A stretch of 64,000 nucleotides of DNA. Origin: an uncultured Candidatus Micrarchaeota archaeon. GTDB lineage: Archaea; Micrarchaeota; Micrarchaeia; Micrarchaeales; Micrarchaeaceae. The number at the start of each line of letters is the position of its first letter. Within the stretch, counting starts at the first letter, position 1. Positions 55,981 through 64,000 of this stretch are shown here, piece by piece. The notes under the pieces were generated by a model. It had not been told where the DNA came from, ran no database searches, and saw nothing but the letters and a program-made list of their open reading frames with translations. The stretch is taken from the NCBI GenBank assembly GCA_963741095.1, contig CAVUGN010000002.1, positions 32,001 to 96,000 of the forward strand. The letters are read 5' to 3'. The translations under genes and the position numbers were made by a program.

Positions 55981-56763
55981 TCAGCTCAGCATCGATTCCT
56001 TCTTGAACCTCTTTATAGCCACGTAGACTATGAGGCAATCCGCGACTATCAGGACCAGTATCAGGTAGAACATGAAAAGGAACGTTATCTTGGTCTCGCC
56101 GAATATGGCGGCGAAAGGCAGCAAAAGAACGGGCAGCACAAGTAGCGAGCTGATCTGCTGCGCCTCCTTTATGCTCTTCACGTTCGAAGAGACGAAGACG
56201 ACTATGCCCATGCCGGCTATCGCGAGCAGCGGCGAAGCCGCAAGCATCATCAGCCAGGGTACGGTGGGCAGCACATAGGCATGGAACTGCCCATAGGAAA
56301 GGAAATCGACCATAAGGCCGTACAGCGTGAACACAAAGACCGTCAATATCACCGCAGGCAGGAATGACGCAAGCAGTTTGCCAACCAAAAGCTCGTTATC
56401 GCTTATGGGCATAGAGAGAAGCGCCTCACCGGTCTTCCTCTCCTTCTCGCCGACGAAGCTGTCCGCGGCTATGACAGAGGCGGTGAATATCGGCATCGTC
56501 ATGAATATCGGGCCGAGCACGTTGACCGCAAAGAAGAGCGTGAAGGCTATGCTCTTGAGATACATGTCGTTCGCCTGGACTGGCAGCTGCACGAGGGCAA
56601 GCGCGGTCGCAGGCGCGGCTGTTGTAGCGATGTAGAGCGTAAGAGCCGGCAGCACGATCGCAAAGAACATTGGCACTCCGAACATCGGCCCGTATATCCC
56701 TATGTTGCTGAACACCTCCTTGAGGTCCTTCATCGCCACTGCATAAGCGTTTTGGAAGTTCAT
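55981..56763 (-). CDS. ABC-2 type transporter permease
   Basis: 'AADSFVGEKERKTGEALLSMP…GKLLA', multiple TMs. Confidence 0.9.
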   Translation of the reverse strand: MNFQNAYAVAMKDLKEVFSNIGIYGPMFGVPMFFAIVLPALTLYIATTAAPATALALVQLPVQANDMYLKSIAFTLFFAVNVLGPIFMTMPIFTASVIAADSFVGEKERKTGEALLSMPISDNELLVGKLLASFLPAVILTVFVFTLYGLMVDFLSYGQFHAYVLPTVPWLMMLAASPLLAIAGMGIVVFVSSNVKSIKEAQQISSLLVLPVLLLPFAAIFGETKITFLFMFYLILVLIVADCLIVYVAIKRFKKESMLS

Positions 56764-57671
56764 CTCTTTCCACCAAAGACAAGCTTTTCGAGCGCGGGCT
56801 CAGCATAGTCAACGCCCACCACGTACGCGCCGCCGTCGACCAGCGTCTTTATCATCCTGCTGACCTCGCCGTAGCTGTTGACCCTGACTCTTATGAGCGT
56901 CGGATTCTTCGCGTTCTTCCAGACCACGTTCCTTACGCCTTCCAAGAGCTTCTCGCCCATGGGCCTGGCAAGTCTCACACTCACCTCAATGCCCTTGAAT
57001 ATCGTGCCGTAAAGCCCCTCGACCGTGGTCTCGCTCACCAGTTTTCCCTCCCGTATCACAAGTATCCTGGAATTCAGCCTCGTGACCTCGTCCAGCCTCT
57101 GCGTCACGAACATTATCGTTTTGCCTTCCCTCTCCAGGTCCTGGATGTGGCTTCTGACGACATCGGACGCGCTCGCGTCCAGGAAAGCGGTGGGCTCGTC
57201 AAGGAGGAGGACCTGTGCGTCGTTGAGCATCGACCTGCAGAATGCGACTTTCTGCTTCGTGCCCCTGCTCAGCGTTTCGACTTTGGCGTCCATGTACTGC
57301 CCGAGATTGAGCTCTTTCGTGACGATGGCGCTTTTTTTGATGGCTTCTTCACCATGCAATCCGTGGAACCTGCCGAAGAATTTGAGGTTGTCCTTCACGC
57401 TCAAGAAATCGTAGAGCCCGTAGACGTCTGCCAGCAGCGATATCCTGAGCCTCGCATGCGCATCGGTGTAGGGATCGGCATCAAGCACCCTCACCTCTCC
57501 GCCGCTAGGAAGGTAGAGGCCGTCTATGCACTTCAGCAGCGTGCTCTTTCCTGCCCCGTTCGGGCCGAGGATTATGTTTATCCCTCTCTTCGAGGAGAAG
57601 TTGACTCCCTTCAGGGCCGTGTTGTTGCCGAACCTCTTCACGAGATTCCTTACAGCGATGTCGCTCTGCAT
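56760..57671 (-). CDS. ABC transporter ATP-binding protein
   Basis: 'GPNGAGKST', 'LSRGTKQK', 'LLLDEPT'. Confidence 0.92.
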   Translation of the reverse strand: MQSDIAVRNLVKRFGNNTALKGVNFSSKRGINIILGPNGAGKSTLLKCIDGLYLPSGGEVRVLDADPYTDAHARLRISLLADVYGLYDFLSVKDNLKFFGRFHGLHGEEAIKKSAIVTKELNLGQYMDAKVETLSRGTKQKVAFCRSMLNDAQVLLLDEPTAFLDASASDVVRSHIQDLEREGKTIMFVTQRLDEVTRLNSRILVIREGKLVSETTVEGLYGTIFKGIEVSVRLARPMGEKLLEGVRNVVWKNAKNPTLIRVRVNSYGEVSRMIKTLVDGGAYVVGVDYAEPALEKLVFGGKR

Positions 57672-57737
57672 GCTACAACATAACACAAAAAGTATAATAT
57701 CCTGAGTGCCCTGCGCGTGTTGTTGCCGGCCAGAAGA

Positions 57738-57992
57738 TCATTTCTTCCGCGGCGCCTTCCTCTGCTCTTTTTCCTCCATCCCGAGGGTCTTATTGACCAG
57801 CTCCTTGTCCTTTACGTCTATCATCTCCTTCAGGAACTCCAGATGGTTGGTGTTGCACCTCCTCTCCTTCGGCCTCACCGCAGTAACAATGTTCACGAAG
57901 TTGTTGTCAAGAACCTTCGTCACGACCGCCCTGCTGCCCGCGTCCCTCCCGTACTTCTTTATGCATACCCTGCCTACTTCTATCAGTGCCAT
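57738..57992 (-). CDS. rpl14e: 50S ribosomal protein L14e (in frame with upstream cmk)
   Basis: 'MALIEVGRVCIKKYGRDAG…VLDNNFV…RRCNTNHLE'. Confidence 0.92.
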   Translation of the reverse strand: MALIEVGRVCIKKYGRDAGSRAVVTKVLDNNFVNIVTAVRPKERRCNTNHLEFLKEMIDVKDKELVNKTLGMEEKEQRKAPRKK

Positions 57993-58565
57993 TCGCTCAC
58001 TCGTTTTCGTTTTTCTATTTTTTATGAACTCTATAAGTATGTCCGCGACCTTGTCGGCGTCTATGTTGTCCGTGTCGATGTTGATGTCGAAGGGCGCGAG
58101 GTCCTTCCCGAACTCTATGCCGTACAGGCTCTTGTAGAGCTTGTAGTTCTTCTCGTCGCGCTGCTTGACTATCTCGATGCACGCGTCAAGAGATGTCTTG
58201 TCCCTCTCCGACATTCTTTCGGCCCTCTTCTCCGCGCTCCCGGAGAGCCAGACCTTTATGCCGTAATCGCAGATCCACGGCATCGTGTAGCTTGTTATCA
58301 CGACGTCGCCGATCTTCGCCTTCTTTATCAGCAGCGCATCCGCCCTCTTGTCGAAGTCGCTTATCTGCTTGCGGCGTTCCATGAACTTCATGCCTTCAGG
58401 AGTGTCCCACCAGCCCTCGCCGGTGACCTTGAAGCCAAGCTCCTCCGCCATCTCCTTGAGTACGTCCCCTCCGCCGACAACCTTGAGGCCCAGCTTCTTG
58501 GCTACTATGCCCCCTACGGTCGTCTTACCAGCGGCTGGCAGCCCCGAGATGATTATGGCGTCCAT
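57738..58565 (-). CDS. cmk: Cytidylate kinase, read in frame into L14e (apparent Cmk-L14e fusion ORF)
   Basis: 'ISGLPAAGKTT', 'RAERMSERD', 'YKSLYGIE'; no stop before the L14e ATG. Confidence 0.85.
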   Translation of the reverse strand: MDAIIISGLPAAGKTTVGGIVAKKLGLKVVGGGDVLKEMAEELGFKVTGEGWWDTPEGMKFMERRKQISDFDKRADALLIKKAKIGDVVITSYTMPWICDYGIKVWLSGSAEKRAERMSERDKTSLDACIEIVKQRDEKNYKLYKSLYGIEFGKDLAPFDINIDTDNIDADKVADILIEFIKNRKTKTSERMALIEVGRVCIKKYGRDAGSRAVVTKVLDNNFVNIVTAVRPKERRCNTNHLEFLKEMIDVKDKELVNKTLGMEEKEQRKAPRKK

Positions 58566-58574
58566 GAAAACAGA

Positions 58575-58892
58575 TCAATGAGCTACCAATTGTAGCACGA
58601 AAGTCCTCTGCTTTATGCTTATGTCGTCGAGCTTCATGTCCCCCTGCTCTATGCGGCTGCCCATCTTTATCACGTCGGCAGTGCACTTCGCGCAAAGGGT
58701 GCCTCCGAACAGCCTGCTCGTGGTCTTCCTCGACTTGCCGCCCTTCAGGCTTATCCCGCTCAGCTCCTTCCTGCATATCGCGCAGTGCGGCATCGAGCTC
58801 TTGGCTCTCCTGTAGTGCACCACGTTCCTGCCCGTCGGGGTGACCCTGCTCATTCTCTTGAAGCTTGTTGACCTGTGCATTGGTTTTGGCAT
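58575..58892 (-). CDS. rpl34e: 50S ribosomal protein L34e
   Basis: 'TPTGRNVVHY…CAIC…RLFGGTLCAKC'. Confidence 0.93.
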   Translation of the reverse strand: MPKPMHRSTSFKRMSRVTPTGRNVVHYRRAKSSMPHCAICRKELSGISLKGGKSRKTTSRLFGGTLCAKCTADVIKMGSRIEQGDMKLDDISIKQRTFVLQLVAH

Positions 58893-58900
58893 ATAAGCAC

Positions 58901-59425
58901 CTACGCGTGGGCTTTTGCGCCCAGCTCTCCCTTCTCTGCCTTCTCAAGGTTCTGTTCATCGGCCTGCAGCAATTTCTCTTCCTTCTTCGTCATTGCCCGG
59001 TCGTAGAGAAGTATAATCATCGATGAAACGAGGCCCAGTATGAGCACCGTGTAGAAGAATATGGACTGGCCGTTCTTCGCGGTCATGCCTATCGCCAAAA
59101 GCAGCGCTGGCAGTACCAGGTAATAGACCACCAGGAAGACCGGCATGACAACAAGCATGGGCTTCATCGAAGTCCTCATGCTCTCGCTCATGAGCTTCAT
59201 GACCTCACTCTGCTTCGCGGCCTGCTGGTCCTTCGAGGCGTTGTTCCTGACCATCGTGTTGAGCTCGTTGGTCATCGTCTTTATCTGCGACTGTATCTGC
59301 CGCATGCGCTTCGGGTTCGTGAGCTTCCTCTGGAGCAGCACCGAAGCTACCGTGTAGAGCGCGCCTATGATTATGACTATGATCTCGGCCCCGTAAGGAA
59401 GCGAGATCGCAAGAATGCCCATCAT
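58901..59425 (-). CDS. EMC3/TMCO1 (DUF106) family membrane protein, Oxa1-superfamily insertase
   Basis: TM, coiled coil, 'SMKPMLVVMPVFL' TMs; conserved adk-DUF106-L34e-cmk-L14e context. Confidence 0.85.
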   Translation of the reverse strand: MMGILAISLPYGAEIIVIIIGALYTVASVLLQRKLTNPKRMRQIQSQIKTMTNELNTMVRNNASKDQQAAKQSEVMKLMSESMRTSMKPMLVVMPVFLVVYYLVLPALLLAIGMTAKNGQSIFFYTVLILGLVSSMIILLYDRAMTKKEEKLLQADEQNLEKAEKGELGAKAHA

Positions 59426-60015
59426 TGTTCACCGAATATCTCCTTGAGGCAGGCCTTCATCCTCTCCTTGCTGTCCTCAAGCATGTTCTGCCTGTTGAAT
59501 ATTACGTACAACGGGATATTTAAGCAGGAAGAATAGTACGAGAGCGCCGAGATGTTCACCAGCCTCTGCGTGTCTATGTAGACCGGATCCTCCTCGCTCC
59601 TCTTTCGGGTGCCGTCCGTCCTCCTCCTCTCGAGGATTCGGTCCGTGTGCGCATCGACGTAGATGAAGCCCTTCAGGTCCTTTATCAACCGAAGCGATTC
59701 CATCGGCAGCCCCGGCACGTACCTCCCGGTGCCCTCCGCCTCTATGGAACCGTGCGTGTCAACCACGACGTTGCCCTTCAGCGCGCCTATCTTCGCGAAC
59801 GCCTTGTTCCTGAGTTCCGAGTACTGCTCCGCGTTGCTCTTGTGCCTCAGGTCGTCGCGGCCCGCCGCGAACTTGTCCTTCGATGCGAACTCCAGCATTA
59901 TCGTGCCGACGCTCACAAGGGTGAAGTTCTTGTCTTCGGCTATGCTGCTCAATAGCGTCGACTTGCCTGCTCCCGGCGTCCCTGTTACGATTACGGTTCC
60001 TGGCACTAACAACAT
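59422..60015 (-). CDS. adkA: Adenylate kinase (archaeal type)
   Basis: 'VTGTPGAGKST', 'VVDTH', 'YVPGLP', 'RRRTDGTRKR'. Confidence 0.92.
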   Translation of the reverse strand: MLLVPGTVIVTGTPGAGKSTLLSSIAEDKNFTLVSVGTIMLEFASKDKFAAGRDDLRHKSNAEQYSELRNKAFAKIGALKGNVVVDTHGSIEAEGTGRYVPGLPMESLRLIKDLKGFIYVDAHTDRILERRRTDGTRKRSEEDPVYIDTQRLVNISALSYYSSCLNIPLYVIFNRQNMLEDSKERMKACLKEIFGEQ

Positions 60016-60017
60016 CT

Positions 60018-61673
60018 TTAATCCTCTCCGCCCGGCATGCCGCCTCCCATTCCGCCCGGGCCGCCGCTTGGTGCCCTGCTCCTGGAGCTTATCATGTCGT
60101 CGATCCTCAGTATTATCTCAGCGGCCTCGCTGGCGCTCGTTATCGCCTGCTTCTTCACGCTCATCGGCTCGAAGACCCCGAGCTTGCTCATGTCGCCTAT
60201 CGCGTTGCTGAATATGTTCACGCCGTAGACGTAGCCGTCCTTCGCCTTGTGCTTCGTCCTCAGGCTCACGAGCGTGTCTATCGCGTCCATCCCCGCGCTC
60301 TCCGAGAGCGTCTTCGGCACAATTTCGACAGCGTCTGCGAACTTCTGTATTGCGAGCTGCTCCCTTCCGCCTACGTCGCTCGAGTAGTTCCTCAGCCCGT
60401 TCGCTATGTCAACCTCTATGCTGCCCCCTCCGACGACGTAGCGCCCGTTCTCGACCACGCTCGAAATCGCGCCTATCACGTCAGTTATGGACCTCTCTGC
60501 CTCATCCACGACCTGCTGCGTGCCTCCCCTTACGAATATGGTCACGCTCTTCGGGTCCTTGCACTTCTCGACGAACACCATGTGTTCGCCGCTTATCTTC
60601 CTTTCCTCGACCATTCCGGCCCAGCCGAGATCGTCAGCCTTAAGGTCATCGAGGCTCGTGGTTATCTTGGCCTTGGTGGCCCTCGCCAGCTTCTCGATAT
60701 CGCTCTTCTTTATGCGCCTTATCGCTATTATTCCGGCCTTTGCCAGGAAGTGCTGCGCCACGTCGTCTATGCCCTTCTGCGTGAAGACGACAGTCGCTCC
60801 GCTCTTCTTTATCTTCTCGACCATCTCCCTGAGCGTCCTCTCCTCCTGTTGGAGGAAGGCCTGCATCTGCTCCGGCGACGTGATCTCTATCCTCGCATCT
60901 GTCTCCGTCTTCTCTATCTCCAGAGCGACGTCGAGCAGCGCTATCTTCGCGTTGGCCATCGACTTCGGCATGCCCGGATGCGCTATCTCCTTGTCTATCA
61001 GGACGCCGTTTATGAACTGCGTGTCGCTGACGGAGCCTCCCGACTTCTTCTCGAGCTTTATGAAATCATGGTCGATTATGGTCTTGCCGTCCGCGCTCTT
61101 GTCCATGACCTGCTTTACCGCCCTTATGACGAGCTTTCCCAATTCGAGCTTCGTCTTGTCGTCGCCGACGTTCTTCGAGCCCATCGAGACGGCCGCGATC
61201 CTCTGCAGCGTCTGCTCGTCGCTCACGTCGAGCTTCATCGACTTCTCCTCAAGTATCTCTCCGGCCTTCTCCGCGGCCATCTTGTAGCCCTTTACTATGG
61301 TCGTCGGGTGTATGCCCTGCTCCAGCAGGTCTCCCGCTCCCTTGAGGAGCTCTCCAGCCATTATCACGACCGTGGTGGTGCCGTCGCCGACCTCCTTGTC
61401 CTGCGTCTTCGCTATGTCGACCATTATCTTCGCGACCGGGTGCTCGACGTTCATCTCCTGGAGTATCGTCGCCCCGTCGTTCGTTATCACTATGTCTCCG
61501 AGGTCGCTGACCATCATCTTGTCCATGCCCTTCGGGCCGAGTGTGGTCTTGACCGCACTTGCAACCGCCACTGCGACCGCTATGTTGGTCCTCTGTGCAT
61601 CCCTGCCCAGAAGCCTTGTAGCCCCTTCCGGAAGCAAAAGAACCTGTTGTCCGCCTAATTGGTTTTCAGCCAT
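60018..61673 (-). CDS. ths: Thermosome subunit (group II chaperonin)
   Basis: '[11 protein letters not shown]', 'TNDGATIL', 'GDGTTT', GGM tail. Confidence 0.96.
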   Translation of the reverse strand: MAENQLGGQQVLLLPEGATRLLGRDAQRTNIAVAVAVASAVKTTLGPKGMDKMMVSDLGDIVITNDGATILQEMNVEHPVAKIMVDIAKTQDKEVGDGTTTVVIMAGELLKGAGDLLEQGIHPTTIVKGYKMAAEKAGEILEEKSMKLDVSDEQTLQRIAAVSMGSKNVGDDKTKLELGKLVIRAVKQVMDKSADGKTIIDHDFIKLEKKSGGSVSDTQFINGVLIDKEIAHPGMPKSMANAKIALLDVALEIEKTETDARIEITSPEQMQAFLQQEERTLREMVEKIKKSGATVVFTQKGIDDVAQHFLAKAGIIAIRRIKKSDIEKLARATKAKITTSLDDLKADDLGWAGMVEERKISGEHMVFVEKCKDPKSVTIFVRGGTQQVVDEAERSITDVIGAISSVVENGRYVVGGGSIEVDIANGLRNYSSDVGGREQLAIQKFADAVEIVPKTLSESAGMDAIDTLVSLRTKHKAKDGYVYGVNIFSNAIGDMSKLGVFEPMSVKKQAITSASEAAEIILRIDDMISSRSRAPSGGPGGMGGGMPGGED

Positions 61674-61926
61674 AATACTCACTTTTTAAACAGGATAGTA
61701 ATAGTCAAGCGACTCAAAAACTGACAGCATCGCGCATGCAATATAGAGTTTACACGCTCACTAATAAATTAGCAAAGAAAACTATATATAGGTTACCTTG
61801 CCGACGGTCTCTTTTCGCTCCGCCGACGGGGAAGCATTCCATCAAAGCGAAAATTTGAAGAAGAGTTAAATAGCTTTCCAATTATAATATCTTAAAATAG
61901 GAACTCTATTTGTATAAGGTGTATGA

Positions 61927-62277
61927 ATGAAAATAAGCGATTTGAAGGTAGGAGCTAGTAACGTCACTGTCCAGGCAAAGGTAGTGAACAAGGAGGACCC
62001 GAGGGAAGTCATAACCAAGTACGGGAAGAGGCTGAGCGTTGCAAACATAACGCTTCAGGACGACTCAGGATCGATACCGATGTCACTCTGGGGCAACGAC
62101 ATAAGCACGGTAGACGTCGGCGACACCATAGAGGTGGCGAACGGCTACGTCAACGAATTCAGGGGTGCGCCTCAACTATCAACGGGCAAGTTCGGCAAGA
62201 TAAAGGTCGTGGAAAAGGGCTCGGGCGCAAGCGCCGAGGCCTACTCCGCGGACGAGCCGACAGAGGAAGACGCATAA
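61927..62277 (+). CDS. ssb: Single-stranded DNA-binding protein (single OB fold, acidic tail)
   Basis: 'KISDLKVG…LQDDSGSIPMSLWG…VGDTIEVANGYVNEFRG…GKFGKI'. Confidence 0.88.
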   Translation: MKISDLKVGASNVTVQAKVVNKEDPREVITKYGKRLSVANITLQDDSGSIPMSLWGNDISTVDVGDTIEVANGYVNEFRGAPQLSTGKFGKIKVVEKGSGASAEAYSADEPTEEDA

Positions 62278-62281
62278 TTCT

Positions 62282-63313
62282 CTAGTCCTTTCTTTTATTT
62301 CCTTTTGTGTTCCAGTAGCGTACAGTGTAAGCCAGGAACGCCGCTCCCAAGATGACTCCGAACCAGAGCGTGGCCATCCTCGACATTATCGTCGCAGCTG
62401 AGCTGACGGCAGTGCTCAGGCCGTACACCGAATGCAGCAATGCCACCATTGTGCCGTCAGTCACTCCTATGCCTCCGGGCAGGCTTGAGACCATGCCGAA
62501 GACCAGCGTGGTCGAGTAGGCAAAGATGCTCTCGGTGAGGCTCGGCATCACCCCTATGGATTTCAGCGTGAAGTAGAGTGCCATGGAATTGAGCAATTCG
62601 GCGGGCAGGGTGAAGAGTATCGAAGTGAGATAAATCTTCGAATTATTCAGCACGCTCTGCGATGCGTAGTACTGGTCTCCGTATATCGAGAACAGGCGGA
62701 GCAGCCTGCCCTCCTTCATGTGCTTTTTTATGATATTGTACAACCAATCGTCTATTATGAAAACGAATGGGATCAGCAGCAGGATGTCCACCACCGTTAC
62801 GTAGACCACGTACCTGTTCAGGTAAAGTGACGCGACCAATGCCAGTATCGCTGTGCCGAGGAAATCCGTGAATATGTCCATCGTCACTATCGGCACTATC
62901 TGCGCGAACTTTATGCTCGTTATCCTGTTCAGCGTGTAAGCCGCCACGATCCTGCCTATCCTTGCCGGGGTTATGTCCATGGAATAAACCGACATGTAGA
63001 CCGCGAAGTTCTTCCGCGCCGGCACCTTCAAGCCAAGCTCTTTTATGTAATAAGTCCACTTGCAGTACTTCAACAGGAATCCGGCGAAGACTGCAACGAA
63101 CGCAAGCAAATATATCCAGAGGTTGGCGGTCGACGCTACCTTGAGTACCTCGGAGAAATTTCCCAAAAGGGCTATCGCCATGAACACTATGACGCTCACA
63201 ACGAACGCTGCCACCGCGAAAATGCCTATCTTCTTTATCAGGGCTGTGTACCCCTTCTTGTCGAGCTTCTTGACTCCGATGATCCCGAACCACATCATCT
63301 TCTTCTTTGCCAT
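62282..63313 (-). CDS. UPF0104 / lysylphosphatidylglycerol synthase TM-domain (flippase-like) protein
   Basis: 'ITPARIG', 'LPGGIGVTDG', 'RMATLWF', multiple TMs; next to a glycosyltransferase. Confidence 0.85.
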   Translation of the reverse strand: MAKKKMMWFGIIGVKKLDKKGYTALIKKIGIFAVAAFVVSVIVFMAIALLGNFSEVLKVASTANLWIYLLAFVAVFAGFLLKYCKWTYYIKELGLKVPARKNFAVYMSVYSMDITPARIGRIVAAYTLNRITSIKFAQIVPIVTMDIFTDFLGTAILALVASLYLNRYVVYVTVVDILLLIPFVFIIDDWLYNIIKKHMKEGRLLRLFSIYGDQYYASQSVLNNSKIYLTSILFTLPAELLNSMALYFTLKSIGVMPSLTESIFAYSTTLVFGMVSSLPGGIGVTDGTMVALLHSVYGLSTAVSSAATIMSRMATLWFGVILGAAFLAYTVRYWNTKGNKRKD

Positions 63314-63326
63314 CCGATCAACGTCA

Positions 63327-64000
63327 TCAGTAGCGTATTGTGTCCAAGAACAGTTGCTCGTATTTCTTGGCTATCTTGTCCCAATTGTGCCTATTCATCA
63401 CGAACTTCCTACCTCTCCTAGCCATCTCCGCCATCTTTCTGCGATTATCAAGCGCGTATCTTATCCTATCAGCCAGCTGGTCCACGTTCTCCGGTTCAGC
63501 GTACAATCCATAACCGTCCATCATCTCCGGTATGCCTCCCACCTTTGAGGCTACGGATGGCATCTCGCAGGCCAGCGCCTCCAGTATGACGAGGCCCGCC
63601 GGCTCGTAAAGTGACGGCAGTGCGAACGCGTTCCCAAAATTGTAATAATACGGCAGATTCTTCTCAGCTATTCCATTCCTTATCCAGAATCTGTCACCAA
63701 TTCCGAGCGTTTCAGCCTCTGCATAGAGGTCATCTTCCAAAGGCCCTTTGCCTATGGTGAGCAGGCCAAGATGGTATCCCTCTTTTTCAAGTTCGGCAAT
63801 CGCCCTCATCAGATAAACCTGCCCTTTCTGGTCAATCAACCGGCCGTTAGTGACTATATTTGCGTCATTCGATTCGCATTCATTCCCGAGCTCTTTGACA
63901 ATGTGCTTCACGCCGGCATCTCTTTTGCCGATTGGCCGGAAAAGTTTGTAGTCGACACCGTTGTAGACGAGGTGTGCCTTGGCCATGTCCTTTTTCGGCA
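63327..64000 (-). CDS. Glycosyltransferase family 4 (5'-truncated by window edge)
   Basis: 'VYNGVD', 'GRLIDQKG', 'PSLYEPAGLVILEALAC', 'VGGIPE'. Confidence 0.92.
   Translation of the reverse strand, partial: PKKDMAKAHLVYNGVDYKLFRPIGKRDAGVKHIVKELGNECESNDANIVTNGRLIDQKGQVYLMRAIAELEKEGYHLGLLTIGKGPLEDDLYAEAETLGIGDRFWIRNGIAEKNLPYYYNFGNAFALPSLYEPAGLVILEALACEMPSVASKVGGIPEMMDGYGLYAEPENVDQLADRIRYALDNRRKMAEMARRGRKFVMNRHNWDKIAKKYEQLFLDTIRY

Noticed and set aside
61800-61830. GCCGACGG direct repeat between the thermosome and ssb genes as a regulator site
   Set aside because: Only two 8-bp copies and no supporting conservation visible; insufficient evidence

Overview
Archaeal chromosome segment, most consistent with DPANN Micrarchaeota (ARMAN-like). 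Supporting features are a three-unit (epsilon-type) tRNA splicing endonuclease, tRNAs with non-canonical introns, an intron-containing tRNA-Ile(UAU), bacterial-type DNA gyrase and archaeal informational genes. Most of 12-64 kb is housekeeping: aglB, ribosomal protein clusters, TFE, GINS/L44e/aIF2a/PAC2, endA, dph5, radA, aspS-gatCAB-tRNA-Asn, gyrBA, lhr, nuoABCD, mre11, cmk-L14e, adk, thermosome and SSB. Small AT-richer accessory genes sit next to tRNAs. The standout is a five-gene surface locus at 808-10989 that looks like an undescribed usher-less, donor-strand-complemented archaeal fimbria. It encodes a membrane anchor with a donor-strand-like N-terminus, a MinD ATPase, a 1825-aa adhesin with 12 Cys-rich Kelch-like blades and a C-terminal pilin-like domain, a tandem two-domain pilin-like subunit (adhesin and subunit both end in IENSC), and a membrane-tethered PapD/DUF916-like Ig protein. 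All calls are by eye from motifs; no database searches were run.
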